This document shows positions 41,567 to 50,574 of a stretch of 50,574 bases of DNA, in pieces. The stretch lies in contig JALORD010000001.1 of assembly GCA_025459145.1 (NCBI GenBank), forward strand, positions 1 through 50,574, written 5' to 3'. Below the pieces are notes generated by a model. That model was not told the DNA's origin. It ran no database searches and was given only the letters and a program-made list of their open reading frames with translations. The first letter of the stretch is position 1; each line of letters starts with the position of its first letter. A program made the position numbers and the translations under genes. The DNA comes from Pirellulaceae bacterium (GTDB taxonomy: Bacteria > Planctomycetota > Planctomycetia > Pirellulales > Pirellulaceae).

Positions 41567-42199
41567 ATGCGTACTGCTCGCTTGACCGCCTGCCTGCTCA
41601 CGTTTTTGGCCATGCCTGCCGCGGCGAACGATATTTCCCCCGAGGGCTCGCGACTGGCCGCCGCGCTCGACGCCCTGCACGTCGAGCGGCTGTGGCTCGC
41701 GGACCGCGACTGCGACTGGCAAACGGGCGCACCGAAGGGGGGGCGAACAAGTACCAAAGTCCCGCACTCCGCGTCGTTTGTCGCCGCGGCCAGCGAGCGG
41801 CTCGGGGTCTACATTCTTCGCCCGCCGCATCATGCGCTCGCCAACCTGAGCAATGCCCAGTTCGATTGGCTCCACACCAAGGATGCCCACAAACAGGGCT
41901 GGCACGAGGTGCAGACGGCCGAAGAGGCTCAGCGGCTGGCCAATCACGGCCAACTGGTGGTCGCGGCCTGGAAGAATCATCAGCCGGGGCATCTCGGCCA
42001 CATAGCGATTGTCCGCCCGGCCAGCCACGGGCATCAGCACCTGCACGACTACGGGCCGCAGATTATCCAGGCGGGGCTCGAGAACTATGCGAGCACGAGC
42101 GTCGAGAAGGGATTCTCCCACCATCCGACCGCCTGGGGAAACCGCGAAGTCCGGTTCTTTGCGCACCAGATCGAGTGGCCGACGGAAGCCAGCCGCTAG
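41567..42199 (+). CDS. Small secreted protein of unknown function (210 aa)
   Basis: Start chosen at ATG 41567 (MRTARLTACLLTFLAMPAAAND, a signal peptide), with GAGGA 6 nt upstream. The mature part contains GQLVVAAWKNHQPGHLGHIAIVRP, reminiscent of the His strand of NlpC/P60- or CHAP-like hydrolases. Confidence 0.75.
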   Translation: MRTARLTACLLTFLAMPAAANDISPEGSRLAAALDALHVERLWLADRDCDWQTGAPKGGRTSTKVPHSASFVAAASERLGVYILRPPHHALANLSNAQFDWLHTKDAHKQGWHEVQTAEEAQRLANHGQLVVAAWKNHQPGHLGHIAIVRPASHGHQHLHDYGPQIIQAGLENYASTSVEKGFSHHPTAWGNREVRFFAHQIEWPTEASR

Positions 42200-42363
42200 G
42201 GGTTCGTAGCGGCGAACACGGCGCCTAAGCACCAATTCTCAAGCAACAAGCACCAAACAAATCCAGACACCAACATCAAAAAGTTGTCGGTCACAGGGTG
42301 TCGGTCATTCGAACCTTGGTGCTTGTTTGAGATTTGGCGCTTGAAAGTTTGGTGCGTTCTTAC

Positions 42364-45300
42364 CTACGGCAGCAGTGTGTCGTCGGCCGCATTGAAGTCG
42401 AGGATCTCGGCCAGTGAACCAGCGCTGAAAGCGTCGTTGCCCGCATGGCCGCGCTGGGTGTCCACTCCATCGTGGTCGTTGGTAAACGCCCCGAGAGAGT
42501 TCGCCAGACAATCCGCCAGGAGCTGCATGAGCGCCTGGTCCTCGGCATCGCCCGCAGCACGGCTTTCGGTTGATACGCCACCGTAGGTCGTGCGGCCGTC
42601 GAAGAGAACATCGTTGCCGCCGTCACCGGTCATCGTGTCGTTTCCGCCGCCGCCGATGACGACGTCGTGCCCGGTGCCGCCGAGCACCCAATCGGCCCCT
42701 TCGCCGCCGGAGAGGATGTCGTTGCCATTGGCCCCGGTGAGGCGGTCGTTGCCTGCGCCGCCGTAGAGCCGATCATCGCCGTCACCGCCGTCGATCGTGT
42801 CGTTTCCCTGTCCGCCGTAGCCGTAATCATTGCCCGCTCCAAGCGTCATGCTGTCGGGACCTGGGCCGCCGTACATGATGTCGTTGCCGCCGAGCGTACT
42901 GAGGATATCGCCCAAGCTCGCTTCGGGCAGGTTCTGCGGATGGTACGCCGCTGCTGCGCCAAAGCCGTCGGCAGCGAGCAACTGTCGATTGGCTTCGGTG
43001 TCGGCCAGGCCGTATTCGACCGGATCGCGATCGCCCCAGACGACGTTGTTCCCCTGGCCGGCGTTGATTCGATCGCGGCCAGCGCCGCCGACCAGTTTGT
43101 CGTCGCCGTTGTAGCCTTGCAGATAGTCGTCGCCATCGCCGCCGTAGAATTCGGCGACATGGTTGAACGCCCCTTGCTGAATGTAGTCGTTCCCGCCGAG
43201 GCTGTAGACGACCGTCCGCCGCGTGATCGTGAAGTAATTCTGATAGCTGTTGATCCGGGTGCGGGCCACGTTCGGATCGGCAGTCGTAAAGAACTGAATG
43301 TTGTCGGCCCCGTCGGTGCCGCGAACGAACAGGTCTCCCATCTCGACGTTGGTCAGGATGCCCCGATCGCAAAGGTTGATGTCTTCGATCTGCAGGAAGT
43401 TGACCGGAGCATGCCGCACGAGAGGTGGACTAGCGATCGACTGGGCGACGCCGGGGAGGCTCGGATTGGCCCCGAGCGTGGCGACGAACATCGCACCATT
43501 CAGGAGCGTCACGTCGAGATTCAGGATATCTCCCACCTGATCGCCGACCGGCGGATTGGGGTTGGCCGTCGGCTCGCCGCCGCCAATGTTGATCGTCGTC
43601 GTGACGCTGGGGCGGATCTTGCCTTTGCCGAGCGGGAAGACGGGAATTGCACCGGGCGTCAGATCGAGCGGCGTCTCGCCGAAGATGTCGTTCCCATCGG
43701 CCGGATTGGGATTGCCGGGAGCGTCGCCGTTCAGGTTGATTGTCTGAATGCCGGTCGCCGGTCCGCCGACTGCTTCGTCGGATGTGCGAAGGAAGAACTG
43801 GTCCGCGCCGGTCCAGCCATTGAGCGTCACGAGGTCCAGATCGCTGCCGGGGTTGAAGTTGGCATCGAGCGTGTCCGAGCCCTGCGTGCCGGTGACGCTG
43901 AGGACGTCGATGTTTGAGTAGGCGATGTCGAGGCCGCCGGCAAAGCCGGTGATTCCGTCGATCGAGGTCTCGTCGATCACGATGTTGTCCGGACCGGCCG
44001 AGCCCGAGTCGACCACCACGAGCGTGTCGTTGCCCGAGTCGCCGGTGATCGTTACCGCGGCCAGGATGTTGTCGACCGAATTCGCGCCGTTAAAGAGTTG
44101 AATGAGGTCGTCTCCGCCATCGCCGTCGATGACCACTTGCACGCCGAGCGGCGTGCTATGGAGGCGGATTGTGTCGGCAGCGACGTCTCCGCCGGGCAAG
44201 TTCAAGAGGTCAGCCGTGCTGCCCCCCTGAATCTGCACGCGGGTGAGGCTGGTGGAGCTATCGAGACCAAGCTGTTCGATCAGTTCGCTCCCCGGTCCGC
44301 CGATGACAAAGAGCTGTGTATAGCCGCGGAAGCGGGTCGTTTCGAAGCCGCCGTTGCCGGCCACCTGCGACCAGCCGTCGGCGGCCAACCCATCGTCGCT
44401 GATCGTGAGATTGCTCGTGGCGGGGGTGCTGCTGGCGTCGACCACCAGTGAACCGCCGGCTCCCGACAAATGGAGCGGTGCGAGGTTGGCAAACGACAGA
44501 AGGAGATCGACGCCGCCAGCGCCGATCGCCCCCAAGTTGCCGCTATTGCCGCTGTCGAGATTGTCGGAGGTGTAGGCTGTGTCGTGCTGCGTGATCAGGT
44601 TCAGATCGATCGCATTGCTGCCGCCGCGGCCGTCGAAGTGGAAGGTGACATCGCTCGCGTCCCAGGTCCCCGGCGGGCCGACGAGCGTATTGAGGATCAG
44701 GCTGGCCGAGCCATTGAGATGGGCCGCATTGGCCGCTCCGCCGCCGATCCCTACGTTATTCACCGCGGGCGACTGTCCGGCAAAGAGCGGAAGCCCGCCG
44801 GCCGTCTCGTCGATCCGCAGCGATTCGTCGTCGTCCGAGCCGACGATCACCAGCGACTGGATTCCCGCCACCGCCCCGGTGAAGACACTCGCGCCGTTCA
44901 CATCGATCAAGAGGTCGGTCCCCGTCGGATCGAGCCGCACGAAGATCTCGTCGGCCACGCCGTCCTGGAATCCTTCGAACTCCATGTCGAGAACGACGTT
45001 CGCCGCTCCGCCGCCGGCATTCACGGTTTCGATGCTGCTGTACGCGACATCCGCCGCCAGACCGCCGAAGTTGTACTGGCCGTTGTTCGCACCCGGGCCG
45101 AGGAGCAGCGTGGGGACGCCGAGCCCCGCCAAGTCGAGGTTCATCACGTCGCCGGTCGGCACTGCCGGATCGAACCCGAACACGCTGACCGGTGTGTCGT
45201 CGTCGGGACGGAACGTGAACGAGTCGTCGTCGTTAGCGCCCAGGAACGTAGCGCCGCCCGGAGCGTCGAGATCGGCGTCGAATCCGATCGACAGGCTGCC

Positions 45301-48300
45301 GCCGACGCCGACATCCGCGTCGCCATTGTCGACATGGAGCGTGATCGTCGTCCCGGCCGACACTGCTGCGAACGCACCAATCGACAGATCGTCGCCGGCG
45401 CTCAGGGTGACGCTGCTGTTGAATGATTGAATGAACACGTTGGCATTGACGGCCAGGTCATCGCCGACTGCGGGCGAGTCGGCGGCGGTCAGAGCCACGA
45501 GGCCGGGCGCGGTCACATCAGCCGCGACGGTGAGCGGGCTGGCATTAGTCACGAGCACCTGCCCGTTGGGGGCAGAGTTTGTAATACCGCTGATCGCGTT
45601 TACCGTGCCGATCGTCAAAAGTCCGCCGACCGAGTTCACAATCTGCATATTGCCCGTCAGCGTATTACTCGCCGCCAGACTGCTGACGGCTGTTTCCAGC
45701 GGGTTCGCGCTGCCGATGCCATTGCGGGCTCGCAGGGCCGCCGCCGATCCGACGACGTTCATCGCGCCGCCGTTAGCGTCGACGATCGCTCCCACCGGAG
45801 CATGCAGATCGACAATCCCCGTCCCAGCATCGATCACGGCGAGCGGGAAATCGGCGCTGATATCGCGGAGGAAAATGTTGCCGCCGTCGGTCGTCGCCAC
45901 AGTGTCGATATTGGCGTTGATCTCGAGCGGTGCCGCCTGGCTGGCGCCGATCGAGCTGCCCGGGCCCGTGACGCGGACGATTACCTGATCGGCGCGGACA
46001 TCGCCGGTGCCATCGATCGCCTGGCTGGTGAGGCTGCCGCCGAGCACGAGCAGATCGAACACATCAACGCCGGCGCCGCCGCCGGTCGTGGAGTTGTTCG
46101 TCGCCAGGCCGCCAGCCGTGTCGACGATGAAGTAGTTGTTGTCGGCGCCAGTATGGAAAATCTGCAGGAGCGTACCGTCGATCTCCAGGCGATCCGCAGC
46201 GCTCAGACCGATCCGCCGATTGGCGGTCCCCAGGCGGAGGTTGATCGTGCCGCCAACCACGTCGGGCACTCCAGGATCGCCGGCCACGCTCGTGATGTTT
46301 CCCTGGGCCGATCGTAAATCGACCGTGCCGCCGACCGCATCGACGAGCGCCACCGGCAGATCGGCCGACGTATCGTCGAGGAAAATGCTGCCGCCGGCCG
46401 AGAGGGCCGTAAGGCTCGTGAGGGCGTTCACTTCGAGCTGGTTCGCGGAGCTCGTACCGATCGTGTTCCCGGCGCCGGTCACCTCCAGACGAATGATGTC
46501 GGCCCCGACGTCGCGGGTGCCGTCGTTGACCGTGGTCAGGCTGCCTCCCAGGACCAGAATGTCGAACGTCGAACCGGGAATGCCGCCGACGGTTGAATTC
46601 TGCATCCGCAAGCCGCCGGCCGTGTCGACGATGTAGGCGTTATTCACGGCTGTCGTGTTCGTCAGCACCTGCAGCTGCACGGCATTCAGCTCCAGCCGAT
46701 CGGCGGGACTCGTGCCCACCTGGCGGCCGGCCGTATCGAGCGTCAGTGTGACTTCGTTGCCCACCAGATCGGCGACGCCGGCATCCCCCGCGGCACTCGT
46801 CAGATTCCCCTGCGCGACGCGGAGATTCACGTTCCCCGCTCCCGCGGCCACCAGGCCCAGGGCCAGATCGCCCGCCAGATCGCGGATGAAGAGGTCGCTA
46901 CCCACTGCGCCGCCCGTCGCGGCATTGAGCACCGCGGCATCGATTTCGAGCGGGCTGGCGGCGCTCGTGCCGATGTCGTTTCCGGCGCCCGACACCGACA
47001 GGGTCACCGTGCTGGCCACGATATCGGCCACGCCCGGATCGCTGGCCTCGCTGACGATCGAGCCGCCGACGACCGCGACGCTCGCGGTTCCGAGTGGCGC
47101 GGAGATGCTTTCGGCTGTGACGGTGCCCCCCGCCGTGATCAATACACTGCCGGTCGCGGCCAGCACGCCGCTTACCGTCACCGCGTCGGATTCGTCGATC
47201 TGCACGGCGCCCGAGGCGCTCACGGCCGACACGATGGAATCGACAGCCGTATCGAGGCTGATCCCCGTGGCCGCGGTCGCGCTGAGCGTCGTGGCACTCA
47301 CATCGAGCCCGGCATCCCCGTCGGTGATCGAGCCCGTGGCGGCGATCAGCACGACGAGCGGAGCCGAGACCTGGCCGCCGACATTGAAATCGATCTGATC
47401 AGAGACGAGGCTGATGCTGCCGAGCGCAAACGTCGCCGCACCGCTCACATCGATCACATCGCCGAGCAAGCCGGTGTCGATCGACAGGCTCAGGACGTTT
47501 GCGCCTCCCAGGCCTGAGCCCGTCACATCGCCGAGAGTGATCGTATCGGCCCCGTCGACGGCTGTTGTATCGATCGACAGGAGCGAAGCGTTGTAGACGG
47601 CGTGCGTTTCGATGCCGAGGCCGCCGCTGGTGCCGCTGACGCGAAGGGCGGGGACGAGCCCAGTGGCAAAGTCAAACCCGTCGGCCACATTCAGGACATC
47701 GGACCCGCCAGCCAGGGCGATGCTCACCGGCCCTCCCATCCCATCGATGTCGAGCGGCTCGATGTTCTGGTAGGTGACGAGTCCATTTCCGGCGACCTCC
47801 ACCGCGCCAAAGTTCGCAGCTCCGGAGGCCCGCGAGTCGTTCGGCCGCGACGTGACGCCGAGCCCGGCGCCGAGGATGACGAGGCTGTCTCCCGGAGCCG
47901 ACGCCTGCGCGCCGCCGTCGAACTGCACGGCCGGCAAGGCTCCGCCCGAGTAGTCGATCGTCAGCGTGTCGTTGCCGTCCTGTCCCAGGATGGTAAGGCT
48001 CGTGAGCGTGCTGGCCAGTTGCTCGAGGAGCGTTGCGGCGCCCGAGGTGACAACGACGTTGTCGCCGACTCGCTGGACGCGAATCTGATCGCTGCTGGGC
48101 CCTGTTGCCAGAACCGGATCGGCTACCGGCGGCGGGGGAGGAGGTGGAGGCGGATTGCCGACGGTGATGAGGATGTCATCGGTGTCGGTGAGGCGGCCAC
48201 CTGAGCCTTGGTTGCCTTGATCGTCTGTGGTAAACGTGATCGTAGCGTAACCTTCAAAGCCAGGATCGGGATCGAATCGCACTTTGTTGAGGGCCGCGAT

Positions 48301-49062
48301 CAGATTGGCTATCGGTCCGTGCAAATGAACTTCGGTAACATTGGCAAACGGGAGCGGTACTCCTTCAAGAGAGCTGAAGACTTCGCTGCTGGCCCCAAGT
48401 CCGCCAGTGACTGTCAGCTTTCCGTTAGTTGCAACAAGAGATGTCTGGAAGTATGCGTTCCCAGGAATATCGATATCCGAAAAAGATATCCCGCTCAACA
48501 TGATCGACGTATTCTTCGCCGTCGCGAGCGGACCGGGGATAACGTTCACCGGCGGATCGTTGACGGAACTGATGTTGATCTGCTGTGTCACGTCAACAAT
48601 GTTCGGCGGAGTGCTGAGATCGTTAACCGTGAGCGACAAGAACGCGGTCGAGTCGTCGTTCGGCGGGGGTGCGTAGGTCAGGCCATTGAGAGCCGCATTC
48701 AGATCGGCGAGCGTCCCCCTCACCTTCAGCGTGCCGTCGCTCCCGTCGACGTCGATTGGCGTTAGTCCGGACGTTCCGCCGAGTGTGAGCGAACCAATAT
48801 TCACCGAGAGCGAAAGCTCCAGTGGATTCGTGCCGGCGTCCGAATCGATGATCGAAATCTCGCGATCAGGCACGCCCGCGAGGAACGTGATCGAGGAGTC
48901 CTCGAGAACAACGGGCACCGGGGTGTCGCCAGGCAATACAAACGCCGGCACCCCGGTCAGGACGACGCGCTCTTCCAGTCCCTCGAGCAACAGGCGGCGG
49001 CGGAATTGTTGCTGACGCTTCAGGACCGCGGGACGCAGGCGGCGAAGAGGGCGCTGGGACAT
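42364..49062 (-). CDS. Giant secreted protein D (2232 aa): LE-E-R leader, Ig/cadherin-like N-terminus, Pro9 linker, 81-89-aa beta-helix-like repeats, C-terminal RTX-type calcium-binding nonapeptide repeats
   Basis: Start chosen at ATG 49062 (MSQRPLRRLRPAVLKRQQQFRRRLLLEGLEERVVLTG). The ORF-track start at 49224 is an upstream extension. RTX-type GGxGxD repeats: GGDGDDYLQGYNGDDKLVGGAGRDRINAGQGNN and GGQGNDTIDGGDGDDRLYGGAGNDRLTGANGNDILSGGEGADWVLGGTGHDVVIGGGGNDTMTGDGGNDVLFDG. Confidence 0.9.
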   Translation of the reverse strand: MSQRPLRRLRPAVLKRQQQFRRRLLLEGLEERVVLTGVPAFVLPGDTPVPVVLEDSSITFLAGVPDREISIIDSDAGTNPLELSLSVNIGSLTLGGTSGLTPIDVDGSDGTLKVRGTLADLNAALNGLTYAPPPNDDSTAFLSLTVNDLSTPPNIVDVTQQINISSVNDPPVNVIPGPLATAKNTSIMLSGISFSDIDIPGNAYFQTSLVATNGKLTVTGGLGASSEVFSSLEGVPLPFANVTEVHLHGPIANLIAALNKVRFDPDPGFEGYATITFTTDDQGNQGSGGRLTDTDDILITVGNPPPPPPPPPVADPVLATGPSSDQIRVQRVGDNVVVTSGAATLLEQLASTLTSLTILGQDGNDTLTIDYSGGALPAVQFDGGAQASAPGDSLVILGAGLGVTSRPNDSRASGAANFGAVEVAGNGLVTYQNIEPLDIDGMGGPVSIALAGGSDVLNVADGFDFATGLVPALRVSGTSGGLGIETHAVYNASLLSIDTTAVDGADTITLGDVTGSGLGGANVLSLSIDTGLLGDVIDVSGAATFALGSISLVSDQIDFNVGGQVSAPLVVLIAATGSITDGDAGLDVSATTLSATAATGISLDTAVDSIVSAVSASGAVQIDESDAVTVSGVLAATGSVLITAGGTVTAESISAPLGTASVAVVGGSIVSEASDPGVADIVASTVTLSVSGAGNDIGTSAASPLEIDAAVLNAATGGAVGSDLFIRDLAGDLALGLVAAGAGNVNLRVAQGNLTSAAGDAGVADLVGNEVTLTLDTAGRQVGTSPADRLELNAVQLQVLTNTTAVNNAYIVDTAGGLRMQNSTVGGIPGSTFDILVLGGSLTTVNDGTRDVGADIIRLEVTGAGNTIGTSSANQLEVNALTSLTALSAGGSIFLDDTSADLPVALVDAVGGTVDLRSAQGNITSVAGDPGVPDVVGGTINLRLGTANRRIGLSAADRLEIDGTLLQIFHTGADNNYFIVDTAGGLATNNSTTGGGAGVDVFDLLVLGGSLTSQAIDGTGDVRADQVIVRVTGPGSSIGASQAAPLEINANIDTVATTDGGNIFLRDISADFPLAVIDAGTGIVDLHAPVGAIVDANGGAMNVVGSAAALRARNGIGSANPLETAVSSLAASNTLTGNMQIVNSVGGLLTIGTVNAISGITNSAPNGQVLVTNASPLTVAADVTAPGLVALTAADSPAVGDDLAVNANVFIQSFNSSVTLSAGDDLSIGAFAAVSAGTTITLHVDNGDADVGVGGSLSIGFDADLDAPGGATFLGANDDDSFTFRPDDDTPVSVFGFDPAVPTGDVMNLDLAGLGVPTLLLGPGANNGQYNFGGLAADVAYSSIETVNAGGGAANVVLDMEFEGFQDGVADEIFVRLDPTGTDLLIDVNGASVFTGAVAGIQSLVIVGSDDDESLRIDETAGGLPLFAGQSPAVNNVGIGGGAANAAHLNGSASLILNTLVGPPGTWDASDVTFHFDGRGGSNAIDLNLITQHDTAYTSDNLDSGNSGNLGAIGAGGVDLLLSFANLAPLHLSGAGGSLVVDASSTPATSNLTISDDGLAADGWSQVAGNGGFETTRFRGYTQLFVIGGPGSELIEQLGLDSSTSLTRVQIQGGSTADLLNLPGGDVAADTIRLHSTPLGVQVVIDGDGGDDLIQLFNGANSVDNILAAVTITGDSGNDTLVVVDSGSAGPDNIVIDETSIDGITGFAGGLDIAYSNIDVLSVTGTQGSDTLDANFNPGSDLDLVTLNGWTGADQFFLRTSDEAVGGPATGIQTINLNGDAPGNPNPADGNDIFGETPLDLTPGAIPVFPLGKGKIRPSVTTTINIGGGEPTANPNPPVGDQVGDILNLDVTLLNGAMFVATLGANPSLPGVAQSIASPPLVRHAPVNFLQIEDINLCDRGILTNVEMGDLFVRGTDGADNIQFFTTADPNVARTRINSYQNYFTITRRTVVYSLGGNDYIQQGAFNHVAEFYGGDGDDYLQGYNGDDKLVGGAGRDRINAGQGNNVVWGDRDPVEYGLADTEANRQLLAADGFGAAAAYHPQNLPEASLGDILSTLGGNDIMYGGPGPDSMTLGAGNDYGYGGQGNDTIDGGDGDDRLYGGAGNDRLTGANGNDILSGGEGADWVLGGTGHDVVIGGGGNDTMTGDGGNDVLFDGRTTYGGVSTESRAAGDAEDQALMQLLADCLANSLGAFTNDHDGVDTQRGHAGNDAFSAGSLAEILDFNAADDTLLP
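42595..43197 (-). repeat. Two blocks of RTX (hemolysin-type) calcium-binding nonapeptide repeats in giant protein D
   Basis: Block 1 spans 43030-43197 and block 2 spans 42595-42891, counted back from the C-terminus. Repeated G-G-x-G-x-D-x-[LIF]-x units. Confidence 0.85.
45600..47040 (-). repeat. About six 81-89-aa repeats in giant protein D
   Basis: Unit starts at 47040 (DPGVADIVASTVTLSVSGAGNDIGTSAASPLEIDA), 46785 (DAGVADLVGNEVTLTLDTAGRQVGTSPADRLELNA) and 46521 (GTRDVGADIIRLEVTGAGNTIGTSSANQLEVNA). Further starts at 46278 (DPGVPDVVGGTINLRLGTANRRIGLSAADRLEIDG), 46011 (GTGDVRADQVIVRVTGPGSSIGASQAAPLEINA) and about 45766. Confidence 0.75.
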
Positions 49063-49330
49063 CGTTCGAACTCGCTCGGCAAAGGACTGAGAGGATGGTG
49101 CCGTCCGCACACCGCCGCTCGAGCGCGAGGACGGTATTCCAGACGGACAGCTTCGCGGACCATTGCCGCAGCCGTCGTCTGGCGCAGACTCGTCGCAGTC
49201 TAATTGCCAGTCGGGAACCCGCAATTTGCGATGTTGCGGTGCCGCTGCAAATTGTCGCAGTTTGGCGACAGCGCGCCGCTACAACCGGAATAGGTGCGCG
49301 ATTCGGACGAGGAGTCTCCGCATCTCAAAC

Positions 49331-49374
49331 GAAAAACCCCTCGGCGCGGCGCTCTCACGGGCCATGCCGAGGGG
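49331..49374 (-). terminator. Rho-independent terminator downstream of the small lipoprotein gene
   Basis: Minus strand: CCCCTCGGC-(20 nt)-GCCGAGGGG, a perfect 9-bp GC-rich stem followed directly by TTTTTCGTTT. Confidence 0.65.
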
Positions 49375-49432
49375 TCGGAAATGATTGGCAGTCAATGCCG
49401 CGGGGAACGGCGTTCTCTGGGCACCGCGAGCG

Positions 49433-49936
49433 TTACTCGCTCTTCAGGTCGAAGTCGAACTCGCCCCCTTTGTTGCTTCCCGGCTTCACAGTCACCTTCA
49501 AGCCGGAAGTCGTCGCGCTGTTGTATTTCTGCGGCACGAGGTGCTTTACCTCGGCGGCTTTGGGGGCGGCATTGCCCGAGATCGTCCCCTGCTCGTAGCG
49601 CGGGTCGTCCTCCGAGATCACCTCGGTATCAGTCGACGGGGCGAGCTTTTGAATCGTAACGTTGTAGTCGCCCGCGACCGCTCCTGCGTCGACGGTACCG
49701 GTCGGCATCGTGGTCATTTTGTAGACGCCGCTCGCGTCGGTCGTACCGACGGCTCCGAGGGCCGTGTCGCCGCTGCCGATCGGCGAAAAGCCGACGATGG
49801 CACCTTCGACCGGTTGCCCATCGAGCGTCACCTTTCCTTCGACATACTCCACGGCCGGACCCGATGTGCCGTCACAGCCGGCCAAGCCAGCCAGCACAAT
49901 GGCGGCCAGGCCCAAGCAATTGCACTTGCCAAACAT
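49433..49936 (-). CDS. Small lipoprotein with a carboxypeptidase-regulatory-like (transthyretin-like) beta-sandwich domain
   Basis: MFGKCNCLGLAAIVLAGLAGCDG (lipobox), then VEGKVTLDGQPVEGAIVGFSP...TDASGVYKMT...GDYNVTI. As I recall, this kind of small gene commonly follows DUF1559 genes in planctomycetes. Confidence 0.85.
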   Translation of the reverse strand: MFGKCNCLGLAAIVLAGLAGCDGTSGPAVEYVEGKVTLDGQPVEGAIVGFSPIGSGDTALGAVGTTDASGVYKMTTMPTGTVDAGAVAGDYNVTIQKLAPSTDTEVISEDDPRYEQGTISGNAAPKAAEVKHLVPQKYNSATTSGLKVTVKPGSNKGGEFDFDLKSE

Positions 49937-50037
49937 GAAACCCTCCCCGGATAGTTAAGAACGATGGTAGGTTGGCTAAAGACTTCGCCAAACACGGAAG
50001 ACATTTAGTCTGACAAATTGCCGTCGACAAAAAAAGC

Positions 50038-50083
50038 CCCAGGCGAACAGACGAGGCTGCTGCACCTGGGGCTCAAAGCTTTC
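50038..50083 (-). terminator. Rho-independent terminator downstream of the DUF1559 gene
   Basis: Minus strand: AGCCCCAGG-(21 nt)-CCTGGGGCT, a perfect 9-bp stem followed directly by TTTTTTT. Confidence 0.7.
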
Positions 50084-50106
50084 AAGTCGTGGCTGCCGTA
50101 AGGCGG

Positions 50107-50574
50107 CTAGTTCTGCACGTTTTCTCGGCCGCGCATCGTGCCCAGAGCACCCCACACACCGCGGACCGAAGGTCCGTTGTAGTGTTGCACTGCCGGCGGA
50201 CGATCGGGATGGTTGTCGAGCGCGAACGTCGGGTCACCCGTATTGATGTTGTTGTTGATGAACCGGACCGAGCCATCGCACATCACGACCTGGCCGCCGC
50301 CCGGATGGTGGCTGCTCAGGTTCGGCATCGCCCAGTGCTCGCATTGCCCCCTTGCGCACACGACGGCGAGTTCGGGGCCATCACCGTGAAGAACGCCGTG
50401 TAGACGTTCGACGAGTCACCCCACCGCCGGCCCATCCCGTGCTGGGTCGAGCCATCGAACGAATGGTGGTTGCGGCCCAGGATCGTCCCGTTCGGACCCC
50501 GGCGGGCGTAGCACGACGCGGGGGCAATTCCGGGCTGCATAGAACTCTCATCAATCGCCATGCTCCCCAGGATT
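50107..50574 (-). pseudogene. DUF1559 (H-X9-DG) pseudopilin-like protein, C-terminal part, with an apparent -1 frameshift at a C5/G5 run; the 5' end lies beyond the window
   Basis: Two overlapping reading frames carry consecutive family motifs. Frame 1 (to 50316): ...NGTILGRN...DGST...FFTVMAPNSPSC. Frame 2 (from 50361): ...CEHWAMPNLSSHHPGGGQVVMCDGSVRFINNNI (H-X9-DG). One extra G in the run at 50347-50351 would fuse them as ...SPSCAQGGQCEHW... This could be a true pseudogene or an assembly error. Confidence 0.6.

Overview
GC-rich (about 62-65%) chromosomal segment that looks planctomycetal, probably Pirellulales. The lineage call rests on a DUF1559 H-X9-DG pseudopilin-like gene, dockerin-like repeats, a GEVED domain and LE-x-R N-terminal leaders. 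About 70% of the window (35.2 of 50.6 kb) is four giant exoprotein genes: 1752 aa, 5127 aa, 2603 aa and 2232 aa. All four start with an Arg-rich leader ending in LE[PDSE]R-x-[VLM][ML]. The remaining genes are a partial DUF1080-like gene, a complete potABCD-type polyamine ABC importer operon and a DUF2760 + atypical Hsp70 gene pair. There is also a DUF900 alpha/beta-hydrolase lipoprotein, a polytopic membrane protein, a small secreted protein, a small lipoprotein and a frameshifted DUF1559 gene that runs off the window end. I found no tRNA, rRNA, CRISPR array, transposase or integrase. The most interesting observations: (1) an unnamed ~80-aa module (NE-x-Q...FTLTF-x-GQTT...VQ-x-AL...GDV-x-V...W-x-V-x-F) present in three different giant proteins; (2) one copy of that module inserted inside a cyclophilin PPIase fold; (3) a second unnamed FEF[DE] di-module family in the 5127-aa protein, which also carries a metzincin zinc motif; (4) an interspersed intergenic GGARGTC heptad repeat at three loci. 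All domain calls come from reading motifs by eye. No database search was run.
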